Of a stretch of DNA of 64,000 nucleotides, positions 50,816 to 59,314 are shown piece after piece. Position 1 is the first letter of the stretch; every line of letters begins with the position of its first letter. Origin of the DNA: an uncultured Marinobacter sp. Its GTDB lineage: Bacteria > Pseudomonadota > Gammaproteobacteria > Pseudomonadales > Oleiphilaceae. The position numbers and the translations under genes were made by a program. Where the stretch lies: NCBI RefSeq assembly GCF_913055835.1, contig NZ_CAJXKQ010000008.1, positions 28,981 to 92,980 of the forward strand, in the 5' to 3' direction. Under the pieces are notes generated by a model that searched no databases, was not told where the DNA came from, and saw nothing but the letters and a program-made list of their open reading frames with translations.

Positions 50816-51623
50816 CGATAAATTGACAAGGCTGGCGGACCCGGAAACCGCCATTGCCAGTTACCTTGACGAGCTGCTGCACACGGCCACTGACACGGCG
50901 CTCCGGGAAGAAGCGGAGGCGCCTGAACCGGTGAAGCCGGCACCTCGGAAGCCTCAGGTAGCAACCCGACCAAGTCCGGCCCCGGTAACAACCGTCGAAA
51001 AACCGGCGACAAGTCCCGAAACGCTCAGACCGGTCCCGGAAAAGCCGGCAGAACCAGTGCGGCCAGTCGTGCGTCAGGCCCCGGAGGCGCTCGTACCGAA
51101 GGCAAAAGTGGAGGCTCGGCCTGAGCCACAACCAGAGCCGGCTGCTCCACCCTCCCGTCCGGAGTGGTCAGAGCAGCCTTTCGAGTGCCTTATATTTACG
51201 GTGGCCGGGTTACAGCTGGCGGTGCCACTGATTCTTCTCGGTGCCATTCATCGTATTGAGGAAGAGATCCGGCCGATCCCGGGCAGTCCACGCTGGTACA
51301 TGGGTATCCGTCCCGACCGGGACCAGAACCTTCGGGTGGTGGATTCCGCCGAATGGATCATGGCCGGGCGGGTGCCGCCCGGAGCCCGTGACAACTACCG
51401 GTTCGTGATCCGCCTTGATAACAGCGACTGGGGACTGGCCTGTGATGACGTGGCCCAGTCTTTCACCCTTCGGCCCGATGAAGTGCGCTGGCGGACTGCC
51501 CGCAGCAAGCGGCCGTGGCTGGCCGGCACGGTGATTGACCACATGTGCGCGCTGATTGATGTTCGCACCATGGCAGACTTGCTGGTGCGGGCCGAAAGAG
51601 AGCACCATCTGGATCTGAGCTGA
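50808..51623 (+). CDS. CheW-like domain protein (ParP-like)
   Basis: Pro-rich linker, PEWSEQPFECLIF, WRTARSKRPWLAGTV. Confidence 0.85.
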   Translation: MADDKLTRLADPETAIASYLDELLHTATDTALREEAEAPEPVKPAPRKPQVATRPSPAPVTTVEKPATSPETLRPVPEKPAEPVRPVVRQAPEALVPKAKVEARPEPQPEPAAPPSRPEWSEQPFECLIFTVAGLQLAVPLILLGAIHRIEEEIRPIPGSPRWYMGIRPDRDQNLRVVDSAEWIMAGRVPPGARDNYRFVIRLDNSDWGLACDDVAQSFTLRPDEVRWRTARSKRPWLAGTVIDHMCALIDVRTMADLLVRAEREHHLDLS

Positions 51624-51659
51624 CGCAAACAACGGTTACTGAATGAAACCGAGCCGTGC

Positions 51660-51675
51660 TGGCACGGTTTGTGCC
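51660..51675 (+). promoter_or_regulatory. Possible sigma54 promoter upstream of cheW
   Basis: TGGCACGGTTTGTGCC (GG-N10-GC). Confidence 0.5.
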
Positions 51676-51757
51676 CTTAACTATAGTATTGGGCACTGAT
51701 GATATTTTTTTGACGATCAGGTTGCCCGCCGGGCAGCCCAATAGGAGAAACATCGCT

Positions 51758-52246
51758 ATGGCATCCCCGAGCGGACAAACCAATCAGGCCCAGGACGATC
51801 AGGTACTGCAGTACGTTACTTTCAGGCTGGATGATGAGACCTATGGTCTGAATGTCATGCAGATCCAGGAGGTGCTGAGATACACGGAGATAGCTCCGGT
51901 TCCGGGTGCTCCGGATTATGTGCTCGGCATCATTAACCTCCGGGGTAACGTGGTTACGGTCATCGACACCCGTCGGCGATTTGGCCTGGCGGATGCGGAA
52001 GTCACCGATGCCACCCGGATTGTGGTAATGGAATCCGCCAACCAGGTCATGGGCATTCTGGTGGATTCCGTGGCCGAGGTGGTGTACCTGAAAGCCAGCG
52101 AAATTGAGACCGCACCGAACGTGGGTAACGAGGAAAGTGCCAAGTTTATCCAGGGCGTGTGCAACAAGGATGGCGAACTGATCATTCTGGTCGAGTTCGA
52201 CAAGATGCTGTCAGACCACGAGTGGGCTGAAATCGCGGCACTGTAA
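51758..52246 (+). CDS. cheW: Coupling protein CheW
   Basis: Start moved to ATG 51758 after AGGAGA; VLGIINLRGNVVTVID. Confidence 0.96.
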   Translation: MASPSGQTNQAQDDQVLQYVTFRLDDETYGLNVMQIQEVLRYTEIAPVPGAPDYVLGIINLRGNVVTVIDTRRRFGLADAEVTDATRIVVMESANQVMGILVDSVAEVVYLKASEIETAPNVGNEESAKFIQGVCNKDGELIILVEFDKMLSDHEWAEIAAL

Positions 52247-52313
52247 TCCGGGGCAACCCGTTGCGGGCCTGAAGATGGATGCCTTCCGTGGCAATTAACG
52301 GGAGACATCCGTC

Positions 52314-52706
52314 ATGTTTGCAGAAATTCCTTCCTACCTTCCCTGGGCGCTGACTGTGGCAGCATTGTCCCTGGTTTTCATTCAGGGCCTGGTTCTGGGT
52401 CGCCAGGTGCGAAGCCTCAGGGCGACGCTGAAAGAGCGCTGCGATACCCTTGGCCGGGAACTGCATGCCACAACCAGTGGCAGCATGGGGGTAGGGCAGC
52501 GGCTGGTCGCCTGTGAGCGCCAGTTGCACGAACTGCGGACCACGCTTGATGAAATGCGCCAGAACGATCCGCTACGAATCTCCTATGATGAAGCCTCTCG
52601 ACTGGTTGATCTCGGCGCCGATATCGACGATCTTATGAACACGTGCGGAATTTCCCGTCCCGAGGCCGAGCTGGTGTCAGCACTCAGAAAACGTCAGGCG
52701 GCCTGA
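52314..52706 (+). CDS. DUF2802 family membrane-anchored protein
   Basis: N-terminal TM, coiled coil, YDEASRLVDLGADIDDLMNTCGISRPEAELV. Confidence 0.88.
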   Translation: MFAEIPSYLPWALTVAALSLVFIQGLVLGRQVRSLRATLKERCDTLGRELHATTSGSMGVGQRLVACERQLHELRTTLDEMRQNDPLRISYDEASRLVDLGADIDDLMNTCGISRPEAELVSALRKRQAA

Positions 52707-52732
52707 TACCATGCCGTTACGGACGCTGCTGA

Positions 52733-55015
52733 ATGAAGAGACTTTATCCGAGGGCCCTTGAGGCCCTCCGATCTGTATCCCGCCATGATTTCGTTTCCGG
52801 TTCTGATCTGGTTCCCTCGATAACCGGCCACTCCATTCCCCGCGAAGAAACAGTCAGCCATATTCTCTCACTGCTGCCAGAGATCGAACCGGATCAGGTG
52901 GTGATGCACGTGGGTGGTGGCTCCGGGTATTTTGCCGCTGTGCTCTCGGGGCTGGCACATCGGGTGATTTACGTTGAGAGAAATGTAATTGTTGCCGAAG
53001 CGGCCAGAGAGCGGTTTTTCCGGCTCGGGATGCACAATGTCGATGTGGTGGTCGCCAATGCTGAAGACGCTCCTGCGCCTGACCCCTTATGCGATTTTGT
53101 CCTTTGTACCTCGTTCGTCAAAGAGCCTGGCAGCCTGGTTCGTCTGTTGCGCGAGGGCGGCCATCTGGTTTGCCTTGAGGGGCGCGCCGGGCCAGTGCCG
53201 AGCCTTGCCATGTTTGTGCACCGCAATGAAGGCCTGGAACGGGTGCGCACCCTCGGCTGGGTCGACTTCAACCGCAATGTGGAACAGATCCTGATTGACC
53301 AGGGTCTTGTGGATGACAAGATTCTGGCAGAGGCGAAAGCAGAGGCGGCAAAACAGAACTGCCGGCTTCTTGATGTGCTCCGGCGCAAACTGAATCTCGA
53401 GGAGATGGATCTCTACCGTTCTCTTGCGCGGCAGCGCGGCATGACCTTCACCGATGCGGACGAGATTCTGCCGGATCTCCAGCCGGCCCTGTTCCGACGA
53501 TTCTCACGCACATTCCTGGATCTTTCGAGGCTGATTCCTGTTGCCGAAGAGGATGGCAGAATCACCGTTGTCACCGATGATCCCGATGCCCGGACGGACC
53601 AGCTGGAGCGCTTGAGCCCCAACCAGGTGGTGGATTGTCTCCTGGTGACACCGACCGATTTTCGCCGTCTCTGGTCAGCGCTTGATCTGACCGCCAAGGG
53701 GCGCCGTTTTGCAGCCGATCACGAACATGGCCCGGAGCAGGAGAAGGATTCGACTGGCAGCCCGGACCAGCTGCTAGGCAAGGACCCGAACAACAAGCAT
53801 GTCAGTCCCTATCTGGTGTCGGTCTACGAGGCCATCCTGTTGGATGCGGTAAGCGAGAAAGCAAGCGACATTCATATCGAACAGTACGGTGACCGGATTC
53901 GCATCCGCCTGCGGGTGGATGGTGATCTGCACGATCTGCCGCAGTACCAGTTATCGCCCCGGGAAATTAAAGGGGTGATCAACGTGATCAAGCTACGGGC
54001 GGAATTGAACATTGCCGAGCATCGTTTGCCCCAGGGTGGCCGGTCCCGGCTTCAGCTTGGCGATATGGCTTACGATCTGCGTATCCAGACCCAACCCTCC
54101 CTGCATGGCGAGCATGCGATCATCCGGCTGCTGCCGCAAACCGGCCGGGCCATGACCATTGCCGAACTAGGCATGTCGTCGATGATTGGCGCGCGTTATC
54201 AGCGCCTGCTGGATAACCCGGCGGGGCTGGTACTTGTGGTAGGGCCGACCGGCTCCGGAAAATCCACCACCCTGTATGCCGGCCTGCAGACACTGGCCGA
54301 TGATGGGCGCCGGAAAGTGATTACGGTGGAGGACCCCATCGAGTACTCCATCGATAACATCCAGCAGACCCGGGTCCGGTCGGAAATCGGCTTCGGTTTC
54401 GCCGACGCCATGAGAGCGTTTGTCCGGGAGGATCCGGATGTGATTCTGGTGGGCGAGATCCGGGACCAGGAGACGGCACTGGAAGCGATCAGGGCTTCCC
54501 AGACCGGGCACGTGGTTCTTTCTACGCTGCACTGCAACGACGCGGTGGATTCACTCCAGCGTCTCTATGATCTGGGTATCCATCCCAACTCCATCGCCGG
54601 TGAGCTGTTGGCCGTTATTGCCCAGCGGCTGGCCAAGCGTATCTGCAAGCATTGCAGGCAGCCTGCGGAGCCGGATCCGGTGATTCTGTCCGAGGTGTTC
54701 CCGGATGGTCCGCCCGCAGATTTCCGCTGTTTTGAAGGCGCCGGCTGCGATAAATGCAGTGGTCGCGGCACCCAGGGCCGAGTGGCGATTGTCGAGTACA
54801 TGGAGGTGGATTCTGATATTCGAAATGCCATTTCCAGCCAGCCGCCCATCGGGGAACTGCGTTGGCGTGCGCTCGATGCCGGACTGGTGACCATGCGTGA
54901 CAGCGCTCTGGATCATGTGATTGAAGGCATAATCCCGCTTTCCGAACTGCCCCGGATTCTCCCAAGGGAGCGCATGGCACCAGAAGTTCGTGGCGGCCGC
55001 AGGAGTCAGCAATGA
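52733..55015 (+). CDS. GspE/PilB-family secretion/pilus ATPase with N-terminal PCMT-like methyltransferase-fold domain and degenerate MshEN-like region
   Basis: aa 1-179 resemble Pcm (ALEALRSVSRHDFV, VMHVGGGSGYFAAVLS, VIYVER, GGHLV); ATPase motifs ASDIHIE, GPTGSGKST, TVEDPIE, DPDVILVGEIRD, GHVVLSTLH, CKHC..CDKC. Confidence 0.88.
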   Translation: MKRLYPRALEALRSVSRHDFVSGSDLVPSITGHSIPREETVSHILSLLPEIEPDQVVMHVGGGSGYFAAVLSGLAHRVIYVERNVIVAEAARERFFRLGMHNVDVVVANAEDAPAPDPLCDFVLCTSFVKEPGSLVRLLREGGHLVCLEGRAGPVPSLAMFVHRNEGLERVRTLGWVDFNRNVEQILIDQGLVDDKILAEAKAEAAKQNCRLLDVLRRKLNLEEMDLYRSLARQRGMTFTDADEILPDLQPALFRRFSRTFLDLSRLIPVAEEDGRITVVTDDPDARTDQLERLSPNQVVDCLLVTPTDFRRLWSALDLTAKGRRFAADHEHGPEQEKDSTGSPDQLLGKDPNNKHVSPYLVSVYEAILLDAVSEKASDIHIEQYGDRIRIRLRVDGDLHDLPQYQLSPREIKGVINVIKLRAELNIAEHRLPQGGRSRLQLGDMAYDLRIQTQPSLHGEHAIIRLLPQTGRAMTIAELGMSSMIGARYQRLLDNPAGLVLVVGPTGSGKSTTLYAGLQTLADDGRRKVITVEDPIEYSIDNIQQTRVRSEIGFGFADAMRAFVREDPDVILVGEIRDQETALEAIRASQTGHVVLSTLHCNDAVDSLQRLYDLGIHPNSIAGELLAVIAQRLAKRICKHCRQPAEPDPVILSEVFPDGPPADFRCFEGAGCDKCSGRGTQGRVAIVEYMEVDSDIRNAISSQPPIGELRWRALDAGLVTMRDSALDHVIEGIIPLSELPRILPRERMAPEVRGGRRSQQ

Positions 55016-56115
55016 GTAACAGGCAATCTATGAACAAGGCGGCCCAGCGGGAACCGGTAGAAGTGGTCTATGCGGCTGAGCTGGACAAACTCCGGAGCAT
55101 GGATCATGGACCCGTGCCCCCCGGCTGGTTGATGTCCCCCCGTGCGGTGGAAAAGTTCGTGATGGGGGATGAGAAGCTCGGCATTGAACGAAAATTTGTT
55201 GCCGAGCGGGCCATGGTGGTCCGGATTATCATTTCCCTGTGCACCAGTCGCGGCTGCCTGCTGGTCGGGGAGCCCGGGACGGCCAAATCCTGGCTGTCGG
55301 AATTGCTGGCTGCCGGCATTTCCGGCAGCTCCACGCTGACGCTCCAGGGTGGCGCGGTGAACAGCGTCGGGCAATTGCTGTATAGCTGGAATGAGGCGGT
55401 TCTGCATACCGAGGGCCCCTGTCTGAAGGCGTTGGTGCCCAGCCCCTTGCTGCGGGGCATGATGGAAGGGCGGATGGTTCGGTTTGAAGAGATTGCCCGC
55501 TGCCCCCAGGCGCTGCAGGACGCGCTGCTCTCCGTGCTTTCCGACAGGGTGGTGGTGATTCCCGAGCTGGCGGGTGACGAGGGTGTGGTGCTTGCCCGTG
55601 AAGGCTTTAACGTCATCGCCACGTCTAACAGTATCGACGAGGGTGTGCACCGGATGAGTGCTGCCCTCAAGCGGCGTATGGACTTCGAGGAGATCCGGCC
55701 AATCCGGAACCTGGCGGACGAAATGGATGTTGTGCTCCGCGAAGTGAACAGGGCCAACAGGCGGGCAGGCATCGATGTGGAGCTTGATGAGACGGTCATC
55801 GAGATTCTGGTGACCATGTTCCACGAACTGCGCAATGGCCAGACCCTTGATGGGCGCAGTACCGATCGTCTCGCCGGCTCGGCACTGTCCACCGCGGAAG
55901 CCGTGTCGGTCGCTCACGCAGCCAGTCTCAACGCCTGGTATTACGGTGGCGGAAGTATCACGGTAGAGCAGCTGATGCACCACATCGTCGGCTCTGCCCT
56001 CAAGGACCAGCCCGAGGACCGGCGCCGGTTGCGCCACTACTTCGAAACCACGGTGGCGCCAAGACGGGGTGATAACTGGCAGCAGGCCTGGGCGTTGCGT
56101 TCACTCATCCATTGA
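55012..56115 (+). CDS. MoxR-type AAA+ ATPase, YehL-like subfamily
   Basis: YAAELDKL..PVPPGWLMSPRAV N-terminus, GEPGTAKS Walker A, VRFEE Walker B, IATSN, MSAALKRR; ATGA overlap with the upstream gene. Confidence 0.87.
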   Translation: MSNRQSMNKAAQREPVEVVYAAELDKLRSMDHGPVPPGWLMSPRAVEKFVMGDEKLGIERKFVAERAMVVRIIISLCTSRGCLLVGEPGTAKSWLSELLAAGISGSSTLTLQGGAVNSVGQLLYSWNEAVLHTEGPCLKALVPSPLLRGMMEGRMVRFEEIARCPQALQDALLSVLSDRVVVIPELAGDEGVVLAREGFNVIATSNSIDEGVHRMSAALKRRMDFEEIRPIRNLADEMDVVLREVNRANRRAGIDVELDETVIEILVTMFHELRNGQTLDGRSTDRLAGSALSTAEAVSVAHAASLNAWYYGGGSITVEQLMHHIVGSALKDQPEDRRRLRHYFETTVAPRRGDNWQQAWALRSLIH

Positions 56116-56418
56116 TTCATCCGGCGGCGTGCCGGGTTTGCGGTCCTCGGGCGTCAGCCCGCGAATATGGAAGGCAAACGCGAGGATTTCCGCAATCACC
56201 CGGTACAGCGACTCGGGAATCTCTTCGTTCAGTGACAGGCGCGCCAGAATGCTGGCCAGCTCCGCATTTTCGTAAAGAGGCACATTGTGCTCCCGGGCAA
56301 TGCGGATGATTTCTTCCGCCAGCTCGTGGGTGCCGGTGGCGCTGATGGTGGGCGCTGTCTCGCCATCGTACTTGAGGGCGACGGCGGCCCTGCTTGGCTG
56401 TTCGGTTTCTGATGTCAT
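56101..56418 (-). CDS. Stand-alone FlhB C-terminal (EscU/YscU/HrcU-like) domain protein
   Basis: Start moved to ATG 56418; AVALKYDG..AP, AEEIIRIAREHNVP, EIPESLYRVIAEILAF; no TM region or NPTH. Confidence 0.9.
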   Translation of the reverse strand: MTSETEQPSRAAVALKYDGETAPTISATGTHELAEEIIRIAREHNVPLYENAELASILARLSLNEEIPESLYRVIAEILAFAFHIRGLTPEDRKPGTPPDESMDE

Positions 56419-57797
56419 GCCCGTGTATCCACCAGTCTGTGTTCGAGTCGGGTAACGCTGCTCTGGGGCGTGCCGCGGCGGCAGTCCAGGTCCGTCACCT
56501 CCAGGCCAAGGTCGGTCAGGCTCTGTCGCAACGCGGGAAGCTCCTGGTTCACCTGGCGCAGGGTTGTCTGTTTTTCTGCCCACACCCGCGCGCTCACTGC
56601 CTGTTGTCGAAGGGCAACGTCAAAATGCAGGGGGCCAGCCTCATCCAGATCCATGGTCAGTGAAAGCCGCCACTCGGCTGTAGCGGTTTTCGCGGATCGG
56701 GTTTCCGAATCACCTTCCTGCGGGTACTGTTCGACCCGGACCTGCGCCAGCCTTGGCTCGTTCTGGGGTGTCAGCCACGGCAGATCGAGCACCAGGGTAG
56801 ACGCGGGCGCGGGGCCGGGCGCTTCGCCGCCGCCCCGAGCGGTCAGTACCTGGCTGTGCAATTGGTTGACGGTAATCCGGTTAAGCATCCCGGCCAGCAG
56901 GCGGAGCATCTGGCCCACGCTGGGCGCGTCGCCACTGCCCGGGGCCTGGGGCGTGGCCAGGGGCTGGGGAAACTGCAGTGGCGCCCGCATGAGCTCTGGC
57001 GTCGAGATGGGTGTCAGCCGGTTGAACTGTTCCGGTGTGCTGCCCTGTTGGGCGAGCAAAGCGGTGATTACCCGGCCCAGGGCCAGTTTGAGATCGGGCA
57101 ACTGGGCAGTCGGTGTCTGGGCCAGACGTGATTCGGCGAACAGGCCACTTTCCGACAGCCACTGGCGGACCTGTTGCGGTGTTGAGTCCTGGCCGCCGGA
57201 ACCGGGGAGCAGGCTCTTTCCGGAAGGCAATCTTGCCACCATCTGTTCGATAGCCTGTCTGGCGGCTTCCGGAAGTGGTTGGGGGGCCCTCGAGGAGGGC
57301 AGTTGGCCCGGGACGGGATCTTGCCGGAGACCCTGTGTCAGTGCGCCCATCAGTCTGGCTAGGCCAGCGTCCAGTGACTGCTGCCAGGGCAGGCGCTGGG
57401 CGAGGGCCCGGGCGATACCGGCTTCGGGCGCGGGCGCCAGTTTGCCCATCAGCTGGAGCTCATTGCCGGCACGCATCACCTTTACCCAGTCACCGGTCGC
57501 CAGTTCGGTCTTGCCGACGGCGGCCTGGACGAGAAGAGACTTGCCCCGGATGTCCAGTAACAGGTCCGCACTGGCGCCGCCCTGACGGTTGATGATCTCT
57601 GCCACCCGGGCCAGAGTGGTCTCCCGGTTTGTCAGCTGCAGCTGGTCGAGCAGCTGCCGCGCAGATGTCGTCACTGGCTCGCGGGCCGCTTCGGTGGTGA
57701 CGGCGGGCCGGGAGGTCTGCGGTGCAGGCTGGGTTGGCGGTGTAGGGGGCTGTTGTCCGCTGGGTAGTTTCATCGTCACTGATTTGATGTTGGACAA
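56415..57797 (-). CDS. Second FliK-like protein (C-terminal hook-length-control domain)
   Basis: Pro/Ala/Gln-rich; C-terminal WRLSLTMDLDEAGPL..LRQSLTDLGL..LVDTRA; 4-bp overlap with the FlhB-like gene; start uncertain (TTG 57797 or ATG 57773). Confidence 0.8.
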   Translation of the reverse strand: MSNIKSVTMKLPSGQQPPTPPTQPAPQTSRPAVTTEAAREPVTTSARQLLDQLQLTNRETTLARVAEIINRQGGASADLLLDIRGKSLLVQAAVGKTELATGDWVKVMRAGNELQLMGKLAPAPEAGIARALAQRLPWQQSLDAGLARLMGALTQGLRQDPVPGQLPSSRAPQPLPEAARQAIEQMVARLPSGKSLLPGSGGQDSTPQQVRQWLSESGLFAESRLAQTPTAQLPDLKLALGRVITALLAQQGSTPEQFNRLTPISTPELMRAPLQFPQPLATPQAPGSGDAPSVGQMLRLLAGMLNRITVNQLHSQVLTARGGGEAPGPAPASTLVLDLPWLTPQNEPRLAQVRVEQYPQEGDSETRSAKTATAEWRLSLTMDLDEAGPLHFDVALRQQAVSARVWAEKQTTLRQVNQELPALRQSLTDLGLEVTDLDCRRGTPQSSVTRLEHRLVDTRA

Positions 57798-57929
57798 GAG
57801 TAATCCGCCGGCGCTTTCGTTATAATACGCCGCGCCGGCAGGTCATGGGCAAACACTGTTCATGGCCGCTGCTGTCACGAATGCACCCGATGCCGTCTTC
57901 ACGCGCATCGTCCTGGTTACGGGGCCCTG

Positions 57930-58568
57930 ATGTCTGAGCCGTTATTACAGGCTGTCGATCTGCAGTGCGAACGGGATGAACGGATCCTGTTCCGTGACCT
58001 GTCGTTCTCCATACTGCCCGGTACGGTGACCCGTGTCGAGGGCCCGAACGGCTCCGGCAAGACCACTTTGCTGCGGATGCTGGCAGGCCTGAATGATGCC
58101 TGGTCGGGCAATCTGCTCTGGTGCGGCAAGCCCAGATCCGGCCAGCGTGAAGAATTCCTCCGCAATACCCTGTATCTTGGCCACCGGCCCGGCATCAAAC
58201 CATTGCTGACGCCCCTGGAAAACCTGCGGGCACTGACGGCAGGGCGGCGCCCGCTGCCGGATCCGCTTCTGCGCCAGGCCCTGGATGGTACCGGGCTGAA
58301 CGGGTTTCAGGATGTGCCTTGCCGGAACCTATCGGCAGGGCAGCAACGTCGTGTGGCTCTGGCGAGGTTGTTGATCGCCGATGAGCCGCTTTGGTTGCTG
58401 GATGAAGTCTTCACCGCCATTGACGCGAGCGGTGTCACCGCCATTGAGGACCTGCTGCAACAGCGGGCCGCTGAAGGCGGAGCGGTCGTCGTGACAACCC
58501 ATCACGACCTCGGATTGCCGGGGATGCAGCGCATTGTTCTGGGCGGAGGGGCAGCGAATGAATGCTGA
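57930..58568 (+). CDS. ccmA: Heme exporter ATP-binding subunit CcmA
   Basis: GPNGSGKTT, LSAGQQRRVALARL, LWLLDE. Confidence 0.96.
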   Translation: MSEPLLQAVDLQCERDERILFRDLSFSILPGTVTRVEGPNGSGKTTLLRMLAGLNDAWSGNLLWCGKPRSGQREEFLRNTLYLGHRPGIKPLLTPLENLRALTAGRRPLPDPLLRQALDGTGLNGFQDVPCRNLSAGQQRRVALARLLIADEPLWLLDEVFTAIDASGVTAIEDLLQQRAAEGGAVVVTTHHDLGLPGMQRIVLGGGAANEC

Positions 58569-59283
58569 TTGCCGGCCAACGCTGACCTTGCGGCAGGATT
58601 CCGTCGGAGCGCTGGCGGCGATGCAGGCTGTGTTTACCCGGGACATGAAGGTAGCATTCCGGCAGCGGCAGGATCTGCTCAACCCACTGTTGTTCTTTGT
58701 CATGGTCGTAACCCTTTTTCCCCTGGGGGTTAGCCCGGAAGTGTCATTTTTGAGAGAGGCCGGAGCCGGTATCCTGTGGGTGGCGGCGTTGCTATCGGTG
58801 CTGTTGTCGCTGGACCATCTGTTTCGCCATGATTTTGACGACGGCACGCTCGAACAACTCGTGCTTCAGCCCCAGCCCCTGTTTCTGCTGGTACTGGCGA
58901 AAACGGCGGCGCACTGGGTGTTAACAGGCCTTCCATTGGTGGTACTGACGCCGGTTTTGGGCGTAATGGTTCATCTCGACGGGAACTCCATCGGAGTTTT
59001 GTGTCTAACGCTGCTGATCGGTACACCGGTGCTGAGCCTGATCGGGTCCATCGGCGCGGCACTGACACTTGGATTACGGTCGGCCGGGGTACTCTTGTCC
59101 CTGTTGATCATTCCGCTGTACATTCCCGTCCTGATCTTCGGCACGGGCACGGTGGCTTCGGCTGCAGAAGGCGCTCCTGTGGGTGCCTATCTCGCTTTGA
59201 TGGGCGCATTTCTGGTGCTGGCATTGACCCTGGCGCCTTTCGCATCGGCAGCGGCGCTGCGTATCAGTCTGTCTAACGGGTAA
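58558..59283 (+). CDS. ccmB: Heme exporter permease CcmB
   Basis: LFPLGVSPE, FRHDFDDGTLEQ, PLYIPVLIFG; start 58558 or 58621. Confidence 0.95.
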   Translation: MNADCRPTLTLRQDSVGALAAMQAVFTRDMKVAFRQRQDLLNPLLFFVMVVTLFPLGVSPEVSFLREAGAGILWVAALLSVLLSLDHLFRHDFDDGTLEQLVLQPQPLFLLVLAKTAAHWVLTGLPLVVLTPVLGVMVHLDGNSIGVLCLTLLIGTPVLSLIGSIGAALTLGLRSAGVLLSLLIIPLYIPVLIFGTGTVASAAEGAPVGAYLALMGAFLVLALTLAPFASAAALRISLSNG

Positions 59284-59314
59284 AACAAGGTAACGGTAGG
59301 ACGGTGACCATCTG

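Noticed and set aside
52707-56115. Treating the ATPase cassette as a prophage, IS or integrative element
   Set aside because: No integrase, transposase, terminal repeats or obvious compositional shift seen by eye
57798-57929. Possible c-di-GMP riboswitch (GGCAAAC) in the fliK-like/ccmA intergenic region
   Set aside because: The GAAA tetraloop stem and downstream GACGCAAAGCC-type motif are missing
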